Assembly (NCBI GenBank): GCA_045543015.1
Contig: JAZQLY010000033.1
Coordinates: 32,293 to 96,292, forward strand
Source: Eubacteriales bacterium
GTDB lineage: Bacteria > Bacillota > Clostridia > Oscillospirales > CAG-272
DNA: 64,000 bases
Direction: 5' to 3'
Part shown: piece after piece, positions 37,609-47,749 of the stretch
Numbering within the stretch: the first letter of the stretch is position 1
How the letters are laid out: every line of letters starts with the position of its first letter
The notes under the pieces: model-generated
The model's input: the letters and a program-made list of their open reading frames with translations, nothing else
Told to the model about the DNA's origin: nothing
Databases searched by the model: none
Translations under genes and position numbers: made by a program

Positions 37609-37944
37609 TCACTTCCTGTAATACACAAAATAGGCGATCAGCGACCGTTCCCTGCCGCCCTCCTCGATGTTCGGCCCGGTCAGCACAACACCGTCACCCG
37701 ACATCAGATAGCTCGCCTGCAGGTCCTCCACGTTCGTGCGGAACAGAATGTCACCCGAGGTCAGCAAAAGAAATTCCCCATTCCGCACGGAAAGGCAGCC
37801 GCCACGGCCAACGATCTCATCCACGTCATCATGCCGTTCGGTCACGTAGCGGATCGCTTGCCCGTGCAGCTCCCTTGCGCGTTCCTCACGGTAGGCGCGG
37901 CTATTGGGGTTCTTATTCTTAAACAGCTTTTTAAAAAGAGACAT
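37609..37944 (-). CDS. Hypothetical protein, first gene of the ispDF operon
   Basis: 111-aa ORF with GAAAGGA RBS, upstream TG-G-TATAAT, 4-bp gap to ispD. Confidence 0.75.
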   Translation of the reverse strand: MSLFKKLFKNKNPNSRAYREERARELHGQAIRYVTERHDDVDEIVGRGGCLSVRNGEFLLLTSGDILFRTNVEDLQASYLMSGDGVVLTGPNIEEGGRERSLIAYFVYYRK

Positions 37945-38234
37945 GCCTCTTTTTCCTTTCTTACTATCTTCTCTTATTATACCACATTTTTGCCAAAAAG
38001 GAAGAGGGTGCTATGCAATTTTTTCAATCATTTCATTTCTTTTTGCTGTTCAGGCCTTTACAAACGGTCTTGCCGGAAAACACGCCACAAAAAGCAGGTC
38101 TCTATCCCCCACTTCTCCCCCTTAGCCGATTTTTGCGCCTGTTTTGGCACCAAATTCGCGTTTTTTTGTGCATTTAGCCCAAATTTCGAAGGAAAATTTT
38201 GTGCAGTATTTTTTCAAAAAAATCTGCAAAAGAC

Positions 38235-38307
38235 TTGATTTTTTTCTCGGATGGGGGTATAATATTGTCAAGTGGTGGAAAGTGGGGGACAAATCACCCA
38301 TGTGGGC
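38235..38307 (+). promoter_or_regulatory. dcw sigmaA promoter with MraZ-binding repeats
   Basis: TTGATT-17-TATAAT (38235-38263); GTGGTG-N4-GTGGGG (38272-38287) and GTGGGC (38302). Confidence 0.75.
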
Positions 38308-38335
38308 CACCAAAACACAAGAAAGGAGCACAGCC

Positions 38336-38758
38336 ATGATCTTCGTTGGTGAATACCGTCACTCGCTGGATGCAAAAAACAGACTGTTTATCCCGGCGAA
38401 GTACCGTGAAATGCTTGGCGACTCCTTTTATATTACCAGAAAGATGGAAAAGTGCCTTGCCATTTATTCGGAAGAAGAGTGGACAAAGCTCACCGAAAAG
38501 CTGAACACCCTGCCCGATTCCTCAGTTGGTGCGATCAAGCAATTCCTGTATTCCAAGACCGTTAACGTCTCGCCCGACTCGCAAGGGCGCGTGGTATTAA
38601 CGCCCGAGCTGCTGAACTATGCGCAGATCGACAAGAACGCCGTTATCATCGGCGTTGGCGATCATTTGCAGATCTGGTCTGACGCCTTGTGGACGGAGAA
38701 GGAAAACGCCATTGACACCGAGGAGCTGATGGAAAAGCTTCGCATGTTCGGCCTTTGA
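38336..38758 (+). CDS. mraZ: Transcriptional repressor MraZ
   Basis: GEYRHSLDAKNRLFIP and DSQGRV repeats, IGVGDHLQIW. Confidence 0.95.
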   Translation: MIFVGEYRHSLDAKNRLFIPAKYREMLGDSFYITRKMEKCLAIYSEEEWTKLTEKLNTLPDSSVGAIKQFLYSKTVNVSPDSQGRVVLTPELLNYAQIDKNAVIIGVGDHLQIWSDALWTEKENAIDTEELMEKLRMFGL

Positions 38759-39732
38759 TAGAACACGGCGCTTTCATACATAACGATATGAATACAACTC
38801 ATTTCTCACACGTCTCGGTCCTTCTTGAGGAATGTATTGATTCTCTCAACATCCAACCGGACCGAACCTACGTAGACTGCACCACAGGCGGTGGCGGCCA
38901 CTCTTACGAGATCGCCGCAAGGCTGGGCAACGGCGGCCGCTTGATCTGCTTTGACCGTGATGAAACGGCCCTGGCGGCAGCAAAAGAGCGGCTTACCCCG
39001 TTTCTTGACCGTGTGACCTTCTGCCACGCCAATTTCAGTGAGATCGGCGCTGTGCTGGACGAGCTGCAGATCGACGATCTTGCCGGCGTTTTAGCCGACC
39101 TTGGCTGTTCTTCTTACCAATTTGACACGCCCGAGCGCGGTTTTTCGTACCAGCACAATGCCCCGCTGGATATGCGCATGGACGTGACGGCCGAAAAGAC
39201 CGCCTACACCATTGTCAACGAATACAGCGAGCAGGAGCTGCGCCGCATAATATTTGAATATGGTGAAGAACGGTTTGCCCCGCGCATTGCGCAGCGCATC
39301 TGCGAGGCAAGAGCGGCAAGCCCGATACAAACGACCGGCCAACTGGCCGACATTATTCGCTCCTCGATCCCGCAAAAGGCAAGAGAGAGCGGCCCACACC
39401 CTGCCAAACGGACGTTCCAGGCCATCCGCATTGAGGTAAATGCCGAGCTGGATGCCATTGCCCCGATGATAGAGGCAGCCGCAGCAAGAATGCTGCCGGG
39501 CGGAAGGATCTCGCTGATCTCCTTCCATTCGCTTGAGGACCGTATCGTCAAGCAGACGTTTGCCAAGCTTTCTTCCGGGTGTGAATGCCCGCGTGACTTC
39601 CCTGTCTGCGTATGCGGCAAGAAGGCAAGCGTCAACGTAATTACCAAAAAACCGATTTTACCGAGCGAACACGAGCTGATCATCAATCCGCGCTCCCGCA
39701 GCGCAAAGCTCCGTGTTTGCGAAAAACGATAG
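38755..39732 (+). CDS. rsmH: 16S rRNA (cytosine1402-N4)-methyltransferase
   Basis: HVSVL, DCTTGGGGH, DLGCSS, RGFSY, LDMRMD, FQAIRIEVN, FHSLEDR, NPRSRSAKLR; start may be ATG 38788. Confidence 0.96.
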   Translation: MIEHGAFIHNDMNTTHFSHVSVLLEECIDSLNIQPDRTYVDCTTGGGGHSYEIAARLGNGGRLICFDRDETALAAAKERLTPFLDRVTFCHANFSEIGAVLDELQIDDLAGVLADLGCSSYQFDTPERGFSYQHNAPLDMRMDVTAEKTAYTIVNEYSEQELRRIIFEYGEERFAPRIAQRICEARAASPIQTTGQLADIIRSSIPQKARESGPHPAKRTFQAIRIEVNAELDAIAPMIEAAAARMLPGGRISLISFHSLEDRIVKQTFAKLSSGCECPRDFPVCVCGKKASVNVITKKPILPSEHELIINPRSRSAKLRVCEKR

Positions 39733-39744
39733 GAGGAAAAGAGC

Positions 39745-40275
39745 ATGACACAGACGATCGCCATTGGCGGTACGAAACCGGAAATCAATCCTTTATATAT
39801 AAAGCTCCGCCGCCGCTTTGCATGTCAGGGCGATCGCACGATCGGTGAGGTCAAGGCACAGGAGGCGATCCGCGATGGGTACGAGCCCTACGCAACGACC
39901 GTCCGCCGCAGCACCTGCTCCCAAAAGGGCAGCATAGAGCGGCACGTTACCCGCGCCAATGCCCTGCCGAGCGAGAATGCCAAAAAGCGTGTTGCCGTTC
40001 GCCAATCCAGCATTTCTGGCAGCGCCGTTACCATTCTGGCTCTGTGCGCCGTGCTTCTTCTGTTTTTACTGTTTTCCGGCATCCGAATTTCCGAGCTCAA
40101 CCAGGAATTGAGCGGTATGCAAGACAGCGCCAACGAGTTGCGCGCTGAAGATCGGGATCTGACGCTCTCCGTCGCCGACATTGATCGATTTGCAGCAGAG
40201 GGGGCTAGCAACGACGGCGACACCACGGACGAGATCAGCTCTTCCAATCTTCATCGCGCGTTTTCCGGGGAATAA
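39745..40275 (+). CDS. FtsL-like bitopic membrane protein
   Basis: Position between rsmH and the PBP gene; single TM followed by a heptad coiled coil; unusually long cytoplasmic N-terminus. Confidence 0.6.
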   Translation: MTQTIAIGGTKPEINPLYIKLRRRFACQGDRTIGEVKAQEAIRDGYEPYATTVRRSTCSQKGSIERHVTRANALPSENAKKRVAVRQSSISGSAVTILALCAVLLLFLLFSGIRISELNQELSGMQDSANELRAEDRDLTLSVADIDRFAAEGASNDGDTTDEISSSNLHRAFSGE

Positions 40276-40335
40276 ACATTTTTTATCCCCCACCTTCATA
40301 TACTATAGCGATAGTGCAAGCTATCGCTATTTTTT
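40276..40335 (+). promoter_or_regulatory. Putative sigmaE promoter abutting an intrinsic terminator
   Basis: ACATTTT-14 bp-CATATACT (40276-40304) followed by ATAGCGATAG-TGCAAG-CTATCGCTAT-TTTTT. Confidence 0.55.
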
Positions 40336-40356
40336 ATTTCCTTTGCGAGGTGTACG

Positions 40357-42594
40357 TTGAAAAAGAACTTCACTTCCCTCTTCCGGCGGCGCGGCCTTAC
40401 CGTATTCTTTCTTTTCTGCGGCATGGCGCTTGGCCTGCTTGGTATCTTGCTGCGCATGCAGGTCTTTGCCTATCACGAATACCAGGATAAGGTGATCGAG
40501 CAGACCCCCCTCGGCTCTGCGCTGAAGGCAGAGCGCGGCACCATCTATGACCGCAACGGCAACGTTCTTGCCACCAACGTAACCACCTACCGCATCTACA
40601 TATCCCCGGTAGATATCCGTGCCTACGAAAGGAAAAACGGCAGTGGAGCCGCAGCCCAGATCGCAAAAGGTCTTTCCGCCATCCTCAACAAGGATGAGGA
40701 GACCATCTACCAAAAGGCACAGCGCTTTTACCGCCTGGACGAGACGATTGCCAAGGACGTAGACAAGGAGGCGGCCGACCGCGTGCTTCGCTTTGCTGCC
40801 GAGCATGGGTATGACAGTATGATCCACGCTGAGGCCACGGTCAAGCGGTATTATCCTTATCAATCCCTTGCTGCCCAGACGATCGGCTTTACAGGCGGCG
40901 ACGGGCAAGGGCTATTCGGCCTTGAGCTGTTTTATGACCAATACCTGAAGGGGACGGACGGAAAATACGTCACCGCCAAGGATGCCGGCGGGCGGGATCT
41001 GCCATCCGGCTATACCGATTATATCCCCGCACAGGACGGTCTTTCCATGCATACCACCCTGGATCTGTACATACAGACACAGTTAGAGCGCGTTTTGGCA
41101 GACGCAGCCGAGAATGCAGGCGCAGCCAACCGCGTTTGCGGCGTGGTCATGGAGGTGGATACGGGGGCTATTTTAGGAATGGCTACTCTCCCCTCCTACA
41201 ATCTCAACGATCCTTATCAGCTGGACGAGGATTCGCTTGCCATTCTTTCTGCCTATACGGCCGGAACAGAAGACTATCAGAAAATGAAAAACGAGCTGCT
41301 CTACAGCATGTGGAATAACAAGACGATCACCGAGACCTATGAGCCCGGCTCGACCTTTAAGATCCTGACCTCTGCCATGGGACTTGAAAGCGGCGTGATC
41401 ACCCCCTCTGACCCCTTTCACTGCAACGGCGGCTTCCGGGTTGGCGGTGTTCTGATACGCTGTCACAAGCGCACGGGGCACGGCTCGTTAGATTTTGCCA
41501 CCGGCCTGCAGCAATCCTGCAACCCCGTGTTCATGCAGGTGGCGGCAAGGGTCGGGCGGGATGACTTTTATCAATATGTACAGGACTTTGGCTATCTTGA
41601 AAAAACCGGCATCGACCTGCCAAGCGAAACGAAAAGCATCTTCCACGCCAAGGAAAACATCCATGAGGTAGAGCTGGCCACCGCCGCATTCGGGCAGCGG
41701 TTCAATATTTCTATCATTCAGCAGATCACCGCCGTGGCCGCCGTTGCAAACGGCGGTGAGCTGGTCACGCCACACCTGATGCAGTCCTTTACCAACGCAG
41801 ACGGCGAGGCCCTGCTCTCCTATGCTACAAGGGTCAAGCGGCGCGTGGTAAGCGAGGAGACCTGCCGAACGGTCAGCGAGATCTTAGAAGCCGGCGTTTC
41901 CGGCACGGGCGGTGCCAAAAACGCCTATGTATGCGGTTATAAGATCGCCGCCAAGACCGGCACAAGCGAAAAGCTGAACGGTGGGCGCGTTGGCTCCTGC
42001 GTGGCCTACGCACCGGCAGACGACCCCAAAATAGCGGTGATCATTATGGTCGACGAGCCGACCTCCGGCATGGTATACGGCAGCGTAACGGCTGCCCCTT
42101 ACGTCTCTGACCTGCTGGAAAACGTCCTGCCCTATCTGGGATACTCTCCAAGCTACACGGAGGCAGAAAAGGAGACCATGCAAATTCAAATAGCCGATTA
42201 CATCGGCCTTTCACGCAGCGAGGCAGCAAAAAAAATTCGTGATCTTGGCCTTGTTCCTGTATACGGTGACGAGAACGGTGGCGATACTATAGTGGCCCAG
42301 GTGCCTGCGGCGGGCAGCCGCATCACGCAGGAGAACGGGCGCGTGATCTTATACACAGGCGGGCAACCGAGAGAGACAGCCACCGTTCCCTCTCTGCTTG
42401 GCAAGACCGCGCAGGAAGCCAACACGCTTTTGCTTGCTGCCGGCCTGAATATCCGCATAGAAGGTGCGCTCAACTACAAATTAGGCAGCAATGCCCGGGT
42501 AGTTGCCGTCTCACACACGGCGGGCGAGGCGGTCACGCCGGGCAGCGTGATCACCGTCACCTTCCGCCATATGGAAGCGGATGAAGCCGCGTAG
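40357..42594 (+). CDS. spoVD: Class B PBP with two PASTA domains (SpoVD/FtsI family)
   Basis: RGTIYDRNG, RYYPY, YEPGSTFK (SxxK), SCN, KTG; C-terminal PASTA repeats; TTG start. Confidence 0.85.
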   Translation: MKKNFTSLFRRRGLTVFFLFCGMALGLLGILLRMQVFAYHEYQDKVIEQTPLGSALKAERGTIYDRNGNVLATNVTTYRIYISPVDIRAYERKNGSGAAAQIAKGLSAILNKDEETIYQKAQRFYRLDETIAKDVDKEAADRVLRFAAEHGYDSMIHAEATVKRYYPYQSLAAQTIGFTGGDGQGLFGLELFYDQYLKGTDGKYVTAKDAGGRDLPSGYTDYIPAQDGLSMHTTLDLYIQTQLERVLADAAENAGAANRVCGVVMEVDTGAILGMATLPSYNLNDPYQLDEDSLAILSAYTAGTEDYQKMKNELLYSMWNNKTITETYEPGSTFKILTSAMGLESGVITPSDPFHCNGGFRVGGVLIRCHKRTGHGSLDFATGLQQSCNPVFMQVAARVGRDDFYQYVQDFGYLEKTGIDLPSETKSIFHAKENIHEVELATAAFGQRFNISIIQQITAVAAVANGGELVTPHLMQSFTNADGEALLSYATRVKRRVVSEETCRTVSEILEAGVSGTGGAKNAYVCGYKIAAKTGTSEKLNGGRVGSCVAYAPADDPKIAVIIMVDEPTSGMVYGSVTAAPYVSDLLENVLPYLGYSPSYTEAEKETMQIQIADYIGLSRSEAAKKIRDLGLVPVYGDENGGDTIVAQVPAAGSRITQENGRVILYTGGQPRETATVPSLLGKTAQEANTLLLAAGLNIRIEGALNYKLGSNARVVAVSHTAGEAVTPGSVITVTFRHMEADEAA

Positions 42595-42628
42595 CAGCAC
42601 AAAGAAAAATTAAAAAAACGAGGTGGCC

Positions 42629-44149
42629 ATGGAACTTTCTGCACTGATATTCCCGGGTGAATACACATCTACCTTTTCCCCGCGTGGCATCGAGATCACC
42701 GCTATATGCTACAAAAGCGAGCAGGTCCGTCCCGGGTGCCTGTTCGTTTGCATACGCGGCACACAATACGATTCCCACGCCCTGCTGCGCGGTGCGCAGG
42801 CAAACGGGGCGGCAGCCGCGCTGGTGGAAGAAGGGGCGGATCATACCGCCCCGGAGGATCTTCCCATTTTTACCGTCCCCAGCACGCGGCGGGCAATGGC
42901 GTTTGCCTATTACCGCCTGCACGGATGCCCGGCAAAAGGCATGCACCTGTTTGCCGTGACCGGCACGAACGGAAAAACGTCAACGGCGGCCATGCTCTAC
43001 ACGATCTTGAGGGTCTGCGGCAGGCGTGCTGCGCTGATCGGCACGGTGACCTGCAGCAGCGAGCAAAAAAACTATCAGCCGTGTAACGCGCAAGACGAAA
43101 AGCGTGCCATGACCACCCCGGACCCGGACGTCTTGTACCCCATGCTGGCCGCTATGAAAAGGGACGGCATCGACCACGTTGTCATGGAGGCCTCCTCTCA
43201 CGCATTGGCCCTTGAAAAATTGGCCCCCTTGCATTTTGATGCCGCCATCTTTACCAACCTGTCCCCTGAGCATCTTGACTTTCACGGCAGCATGAAAAAA
43301 TACCTGGCCGCCAAGGCAACGCTTTTTTCGCAAAGTGATTGCGCCATCCTGAACTTTGACAATGACTACACCGAAGAGCTGGCCTCCACCATCCCCTGCA
43401 GGATCCTGCGCTGCGGTGCCGTTTATCACGAGCAGTATAACGCCGAGGAGATACACATGCACGGCACGGAGGGGATCTCCTATCTCTACAGCACGCCAAG
43501 GCTGCGCATGGCGGTAGAAATGCAGATCCCCGGTGTTTTTACCGTATACAATTCCCTGCTTGCCCTTACCTGCGCTTTGCACATCGGTATTCCCCCCTTG
43601 CAGGCAAAGGCCGCCTTACAGAGTATGGGCGGCGTACCCGGCCGGCTGGAAAAGGTCATCCTGCCACCGGAGGAGAAATTTACCGTGTTTATCGACTACG
43701 CCCACACAGAGGCTGCCTTGCGCAACCTGCTGCTGACGGTACGCGGCTTCCGCCGTGGGGCAGAACGCATCGTTCTGGTCTTTGGCTGCGGTGGTGACCG
43801 TGACAAGAGCAAGCGTGCGCCCATGGGCAGAACGGCCGAGGAGCTGGCCGATGCCGTGATCGTTACATCCGACAACAGCCGCAGCGAGGAGCCGACCGTC
43901 ATTATCCATGACATTTTAAAAGGCATGCGACGTACCGAGAAGCGGCGCGTGATCGTGAACCGGCAGCGTGCCATCACCTATGCCATTGAGGAGGCACGGG
44001 AAAACGACATCATTCTGCTTGTCGGCAAGGGGCATGAGGACTATGAATTAACAGAAAACGGCTGCCGCCCGTTTGATGAAAAGAAGATCGTACATGAAGC
44101 GCTCCGCGCGCGAAAAAAGGATAAAGAACACCATGAGAATACGCCTTAA
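42629..44149 (+). CDS. murE: UDP-MurNAc-dipeptide--meso-DAP ligase
   Basis: VTGTNGKTS, TTPD, MEASSH, EHLDFH, IDYAHT, GCGGDRD, DNSR, GKGHE. Confidence 0.95.
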   Translation: MELSALIFPGEYTSTFSPRGIEITAICYKSEQVRPGCLFVCIRGTQYDSHALLRGAQANGAAAALVEEGADHTAPEDLPIFTVPSTRRAMAFAYYRLHGCPAKGMHLFAVTGTNGKTSTAAMLYTILRVCGRRAALIGTVTCSSEQKNYQPCNAQDEKRAMTTPDPDVLYPMLAAMKRDGIDHVVMEASSHALALEKLAPLHFDAAIFTNLSPEHLDFHGSMKKYLAAKATLFSQSDCAILNFDNDYTEELASTIPCRILRCGAVYHEQYNAEEIHMHGTEGISYLYSTPRLRMAVEMQIPGVFTVYNSLLALTCALHIGIPPLQAKAALQSMGGVPGRLEKVILPPEEKFTVFIDYAHTEAALRNLLLTVRGFRRGAERIVLVFGCGGDRDKSKRAPMGRTAEELADAVIVTSDNSRSEEPTVIIHDILKGMRRTEKRRVIVNRQRAITYAIEEARENDIILLVGKGHEDYELTENGCRPFDEKKIVHEALRARKKDKEHHENTP

Positions 44150-45548
44150 CCGCCCCTATACCGCCAAAGAGATCGCCACCGTTACAGGCGGGCATACCGA
44201 TGCCGACTGCATGGTCGATCATCTGACAACCGACTCTCGCGAGGTGCGGGAGGGGGATCTGTTCGTTGCCCTGCGCGGTGAGCATGCTGACGGGAACGCG
44301 TATCTGGAGAAAGCCAGGGCAAGCGGCGCGGCCCTGCTGCTGTGTGAGGGGCAGGATAACTTACCCTCCGGCTGCATAGCGGTGCCAGACGCATGGGCGG
44401 CACTTGCCGCCCTTGCCAAGCACGCGCGTGACGAGATACGCCCCACGGTGATCGCCATTACCGGCAGCACCGGTAAGACTACCACCAAAAACATGGTAAG
44501 CGCGGTGCTGGAAAGCAGCTTTCAGACCCACAAGACCGCCTGCAACCAAAACAATCTGCTTGGTCTGTGTCTGACCCTGCTCTCTATGCCCCCCAAGACC
44601 GAGATGCTGGTGGTGGAGATGGGCATGAACCACGCAGGTGAGATCGCCATGCTATCCCGCCTGGCTTCGCCGGACGTTGCCGTGATCACCAACGTAGGCC
44701 ACGCGCACGTCGGCAACCTGGGCAGCCGCGAACGGATCGCAGATGCAAAGTGCGAGATCTTTCTTGGCTGCGCACCGGGGGCTCTTTGCCTGTTCCCGGC
44801 CGACGAAAAGCTGATCGAGGAGCGGTTGCCCCGCGGGCTTACCGCCATGCGCACGGGAGAGAGCGAGGCGTGCGACTGCAGCTTTAAAAACCTTACCCTT
44901 GGTGGTAACACCACCGTTGCCGATTTTACCTGCCACGCCGTCCGACATGCTGCCGTCTCCCTGCCCGGGTGCGGCAGGCACCTGGCACAGGATGCCACCT
45001 ATGCCATTGCCATCGGACAGACGTTTGGCGTTCCACAGGCAAAGATACGGCGTGCGCTGGCCACCGTGCAAAATGACGGCATGCGGCAGGAGCTGATGCG
45101 CAAAAACGGGATCACCGTCATTGTAGATTGCTACCACGCCTCGCCTGAATCCATGCGTGCCGCCGCTGACACGCTGATGAGCATGGCAAAGGAAAAGAAC
45201 GGCAGAAGCCTGGCACTGCTGGGTGACATGCTGGAGCTGGGGGAAGAAACGCGCCTGCTGCACGAGCAGGTGGGAGAATACTATGCCAAAAGCGGACTCT
45301 CATTCCTCTTTACGCTTGGCGCGGCGGCTGAAAATATCGCAACGGGTGCCAGGCGGCAAGGACTGGCAGGCTCCCGCATTTTCAGCAACCCCGATCCTGC
45401 CGACAAGCAAGCAAGCGCCGCCCAGATCAACCGCATTCTCCGCCCGCGTGACGTATTGCTGATCAAGGCATCCCGTGCGCTGGCGGCAGAGGAGATCCTT
45501 TATTTGTTAGAGACCGATACGCCGGGGACGGAGGAAGCCCAGCCATGA
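44133..45548 (+). CDS. murF: UDP-MurNAc-tripeptide--D-Ala-D-Ala ligase
   Basis: ITGSTGKTTTK, EMGMNHAGEI, LGDMLELG, LIKASR. Confidence 0.93.
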   Translation: MRIRLNRPYTAKEIATVTGGHTDADCMVDHLTTDSREVREGDLFVALRGEHADGNAYLEKARASGAALLLCEGQDNLPSGCIAVPDAWAALAALAKHARDEIRPTVIAITGSTGKTTTKNMVSAVLESSFQTHKTACNQNNLLGLCLTLLSMPPKTEMLVVEMGMNHAGEIAMLSRLASPDVAVITNVGHAHVGNLGSRERIADAKCEIFLGCAPGALCLFPADEKLIEERLPRGLTAMRTGESEACDCSFKNLTLGGNTTVADFTCHAVRHAAVSLPGCGRHLAQDATYAIAIGQTFGVPQAKIRRALATVQNDGMRQELMRKNGITVIVDCYHASPESMRAAADTLMSMAKEKNGRSLALLGDMLELGEETRLLHEQVGEYYAKSGLSFLFTLGAAAENIATGARRQGLAGSRIFSNPDPADKQASAAQINRILRPRDVLLIKASRALAAEEILYLLETDTPGTEEAQP

Positions 45549-46531
45549 ACATGCCGCTGCTTTGTATTCTTGCCTTTTTTCTGTCCTTTGTGCTGTGCGC
45601 CCTGATCACGGCATGGCTGCTCCCCCGACTGCGTGCCATGAAGATGGGGCAAAGGATCCTGGAGATCGGCCCCGTTTGGCACGCAAAAAAGGAGGGCACG
45701 CCCACCATGGGCGGCCTTGCCTTTTTGATCGGCACGCTGCTGCTTCTCATCCTTCTGCTGCCGTGGCTTACGGAGCAGATGACCTCGAAGGAACGGTACG
45801 CCCTGCTGGTCACCGTTTTGTTCTGCATTGCGAACGGCGCCATCGGCATCGTGGATGACGTGACCAAGCTGCGCCATCATCGCAACGAGGGATTGACACC
45901 GTGGCAAAAGCTGACCCTGCAAACGACCTTTGCTGCTGCCTTTCTTGCCCTGCTGCGCATCGGCGGCATTTTAGACGAGCAGCTGCACCTTTCCTTTCTT
46001 GGACGGATACCGATGGGCTTTGCCACCTATTTTGTATGGATGGTCATGATCTTGGGCATCGTCAACTGTGCCAATCTGACCGACGGGATAGACGGGCTTG
46101 CCGCCTCGGTGGCGGCGGTCATCTTTGCCTTTTACGCGCTCCTTTCCGCGCGTCTTTCCGCCATGACGCCCGCCGTGATCGCTGCCCTGCTGCTCGGCTG
46201 TGCCGTTGCCTTTCTCTTTTTTAATCGTCACCCTGCCAAAATATTCATGGGCGACACCGGCTCTCTGTTCCTTGGTGCCGGGGCGGCAGCCTTGCCGCTG
46301 CTCTTGCAGACGCATCTGTTTGCTTTGCTCTGCTGCGTTGTGTACGTTTTAGAAGGGGTGTCTGTTATTTTACAGGTACTGTTCTACAAAAAAACAGGCA
46401 AGCGGCTGTTTTTGATGGCACCCATCCACCACCACCTTGAAAAATGCGGCTGGAGCGAAAACAAGATCGTACTGGCCTTTTCACTGCTCACCGTCGTTGC
46501 CTGTGCGCTTTGCTGGTTTCTTCCCCTATAA
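45545..46531 (+). CDS. mraY: Phospho-MurNAc-pentapeptide translocase
   Basis: KEGTPTMGG, DD, NLTDGIDGL, IFMGDTGS, MAPIHHH. Confidence 0.96.
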   Translation: MNMPLLCILAFFLSFVLCALITAWLLPRLRAMKMGQRILEIGPVWHAKKEGTPTMGGLAFLIGTLLLLILLLPWLTEQMTSKERYALLVTVLFCIANGAIGIVDDVTKLRHHRNEGLTPWQKLTLQTTFAAAFLALLRIGGILDEQLHLSFLGRIPMGFATYFVWMVMILGIVNCANLTDGIDGLAASVAAVIFAFYALLSARLSAMTPAVIAALLLGCAVAFLFFNRHPAKIFMGDTGSLFLGAGAAALPLLLQTHLFALLCCVVYVLEGVSVILQVLFYKKTGKRLFLMAPIHHHLEKCGWSENKIVLAFSLLTVVACALCWFLPL

Positions 46532-46545
46532 GAAAGGAGGGGGCA

Positions 46546-47736
46546 ATGCTAAAAAAGAAAAAGAACGAAGAAAAAGCACAAAAGCCGCCCCTCGCGCAAG
46601 AGGGGATCGCCCCCTTTCCCGTCAGCGGCGCCCCGGTAGACCGCCGGCTGCTGATCCTGATCCTCCTCCTTTCCTCCATTGGCTCTGTCATGATCTTCAG
46701 CGCCAGCTACGCCAATGCGGCCGCCCGGTACGGTGACAGCTATTACTATATCAAGCGGCAGATACTATGGCTTTCGCTCGGGCTGTTAGCCATGTTTCTG
46801 TTCTCACGCCCCTCGCCTGATTTTTACCGGCGCTATACCCCGGCTGCTTTTTTTGTAACGATCGTATTGCTGCTTGCCGTGCTGTTGGTTGGTGAAAGCG
46901 GCGGTGGGGCGAAGCGGTGGCTCGCCTTCGGCTCTCTGACCTTTCAGCCGTCTGAGCTGGCGAAAACAACGCTGATCCTGATGCTTGCACGGCATTATGC
47001 CCGGCACAGGCATACCGTGATGACGGTGAGCGAGGTGGGAAAGAACTTCCTTGTCGGCACGCTGGCACCGCTGGGGTACATAGGGCTTGTATGTGGGCTT
47101 GTTGCCTTGGAAAAGCACCTGTCCTGCATTATCATCCTTGGCCTGCTTGGTGTGACCATGATGTTTATCGGCGGCAGCCGCAGGCGGTATTTAGCCGGCT
47201 TTGGCGCCCTTGGTGGGGCAGCGGTAGCCGCGCTGGCCCTATTTACCGATTACACCAAGCGTCGTATCCTGATATGGCAAAACCCGGCCGCCTATCCGCT
47301 TGACGGCGGGTGGCAGACCTTGCAGGGGATGATGGCCATCGGCTCCGGCGGCTTTTTCGGCCTGGGGCTTGGCAACAGCCGCTTGAAATTCAGCTACGTA
47401 TCCGAGCCGCAGAATGATTTTATTTTTACCATCGTGTGTGAGGAGCTTGGCTTTTTGGGCGGATGTGCCATCATTCTGCTGTTCGGCCTGTTCGTCTACC
47501 GCGGCTATACGGTAGCCCTGCGCCACCCGCACCCGTTTTGCGGGCTGACCGCCTTTGGCATCTGTACCAAGATCGCCGTGCAGGTCCTGCTGAACGTGGC
47601 GGTGGTGACCAACGCCATCCCCAATACCGGCATCTCCCTCCCCTTCTTCAGCTACGGCGGCTCCTCGCTCGTTATGCTGTTTGCAGAAATGGGCATCCTG
47701 CTCTCTATATCCCGTTCCTCCCATATTGAAAGTTAA
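46546..47736 (+). CDS. spoVE: SEDS glycosyltransferase FtsW/SpoVE
   Basis: MIFSAS, GAKRWL, FQPSELAK, GSGGFFGLG, NDFIF, PNTGISLPFFSYGGSS; AAGGAGG RBS. Confidence 0.85.
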   Translation: MLKKKKNEEKAQKPPLAQEGIAPFPVSGAPVDRRLLILILLLSSIGSVMIFSASYANAAARYGDSYYYIKRQILWLSLGLLAMFLFSRPSPDFYRRYTPAAFFVTIVLLLAVLLVGESGGGAKRWLAFGSLTFQPSELAKTTLILMLARHYARHRHTVMTVSEVGKNFLVGTLAPLGYIGLVCGLVALEKHLSCIIILGLLGVTMMFIGGSRRRYLAGFGALGGAAVAALALFTDYTKRRILIWQNPAAYPLDGGWQTLQGMMAIGSGGFFGLGLGNSRLKFSYVSEPQNDFIFTIVCEELGFLGGCAIILLFGLFVYRGYTVALRHPHPFCGLTAFGICTKIAVQVLLNVAVVTNAIPNTGISLPFFSYGGSSLVMLFAEMGILLSISRSSHIES

Positions 47737-47749
47737 GTGAGGTATCACC

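Noticed and set aside
45118-45156. MurF motif variant DCYHASPES instead of DxYNAxPxS
   Set aside because: Single substitution in an intact ORF; not enough to claim altered specificity or pseudogenisation.
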